NCBI RefSeq assembly: GCF_963921235.1
Contig: NC_086110.1
Span: forward strand, 18,104,001-18,168,000
Length of the DNA stretch: 64,000 nt
Origin: Mobula hypostoma
Taxonomy: Eukaryota
Direction of reading: 5' to 3'
Part shown: positions 63,208 through 64,000 of the stretch, piece after piece
How positions within the stretch are numbered: position 1 is the stretch's first letter
Layout: each line of letters opens with the position of its first letter
Notes under the pieces: generated by a model
The model's input: only the letters and a program-made list of their open reading frames with translations
Told to the model about the DNA's origin: nothing
Database searches by the model: none
Program-made: the position numbers and the translations under genes

Positions 63208-64000
63208 CATTTCAGCTCAGGCTGCAGCTATAGTCACAACCACAGCAGCAGTTCAAAAACTTTTGCAGGTACAGATGTAACCAAATCATTTGCACCTTTA
63301 TCATGTTGCTTTTTCTTCATAACAAAAAGGTAGACTCTCAGCGATGTTGCTCACAGTGAGCTGGGGTTACGGGAGAAGTTGGAGACAGATTCGGACACAT
63401 CGCAGGTTAAATGGCCAGTCATCTGAATTACTTCTTGCATATTAAAGCAAATCAGAAGAGTCTAAGTACAAGTGCTGCTCAGATTACAAAAGGAAATACA
63501 TTCCTGGAAAATGTTTCATTAATAAACGTTTAATAAATTAAGGCAGGTAGATGAAACATAATATGGCATTTTGCTGCGTCCCTCATGGGTAAAGCGTAGT
63601 ATTACAAAAAAAACTTCTAAATCTTTAGTGCCCGAAGAGCCCATAGCTAAAATTAGCAAATTAAACATTTGTAAATCGAAGAATACTGTTCTATATAAAG
63701 TATGATGCATGTCTATACAAGAACTTTATTACGTTTAGTACTGGGGAAGAGTAAAACAACGAGGCGGGATTAATTCATTGCCCATTAAAGATACAGTTTC
63801 TGGATTAAAGAGCAGAATACTCTAATAATCTGGGTTTTATCACTAACAGTATAGAGAAGTCAAGAGGCAAAAATAAGCCTAGAAAAAAGCTTCACTTGCT
63901 GCAAAAAAAAACGCCTTGTTTTTACAGAACATAATGATGTAAAGTTACTAGGATGCAATCTGTTATGTGATATACACAAATCACAGTATATTTTCTTAGC

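Noticed and set aside
63300-63420. Exon-like + strand segment (TLSDVAHSELGLREKLETDSDTSQ), briefly considered as an agouti-family middle exon
   Set aside because: Splice signals are weak, and there is no signal-peptide exon, cysteine-knot exon or recognisable homology in the window.
49208-64000. Preceding FHOD1 exon (EKLY.S.G.ELRR.LFSLKQ.FQ)
   Set aside because: Not found by eye; it is presumed to lie beyond the window.

Overview
Eukaryotic (vertebrate) genomic DNA. It is most likely from a cartilaginous fish, inferred from the abundant CR1 LINEs, V-domain tRNA SINEs and Penelope-like elements. The whole window lies inside one large minus-strand gene, a FHOD-family formin whose diagnostic residues favour FHOD1. 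Five consecutive phase-compatible GT-AG coding exons of the GBD/FH3 region are present: 49207-49102, 42586-42492, 33205-33094, 25609-25515 and 6138-5995. The rest is intron, packed with decayed transposons: CR1, Rex1/Babar-type LINEs, Penelope-like elements, Gypsy, Tc1, hAT, MITEs and SINEs. Most notable: (1) a 5.4-kb minisatellite of ~127 units of 42-44 bp with a 1922-bp higher-order duplication; on the host-gene sense strand it carries ~54 perfect let-7 8mer sites with a central mismatch and 3'-supplementary pairing; (2) a ~2-kb palindromic Penelope insertion with a 14-bp TSD and a minimal hammerhead-ribozyme motif in each arm; (3) a composite transposon bounded by ~70-bp mini-MITEs; (4) a few unique exon-like segments on the antisense strand. 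All coordinates and counts were read by eye, and repeat boundaries are approximate unless a TSD is quoted.
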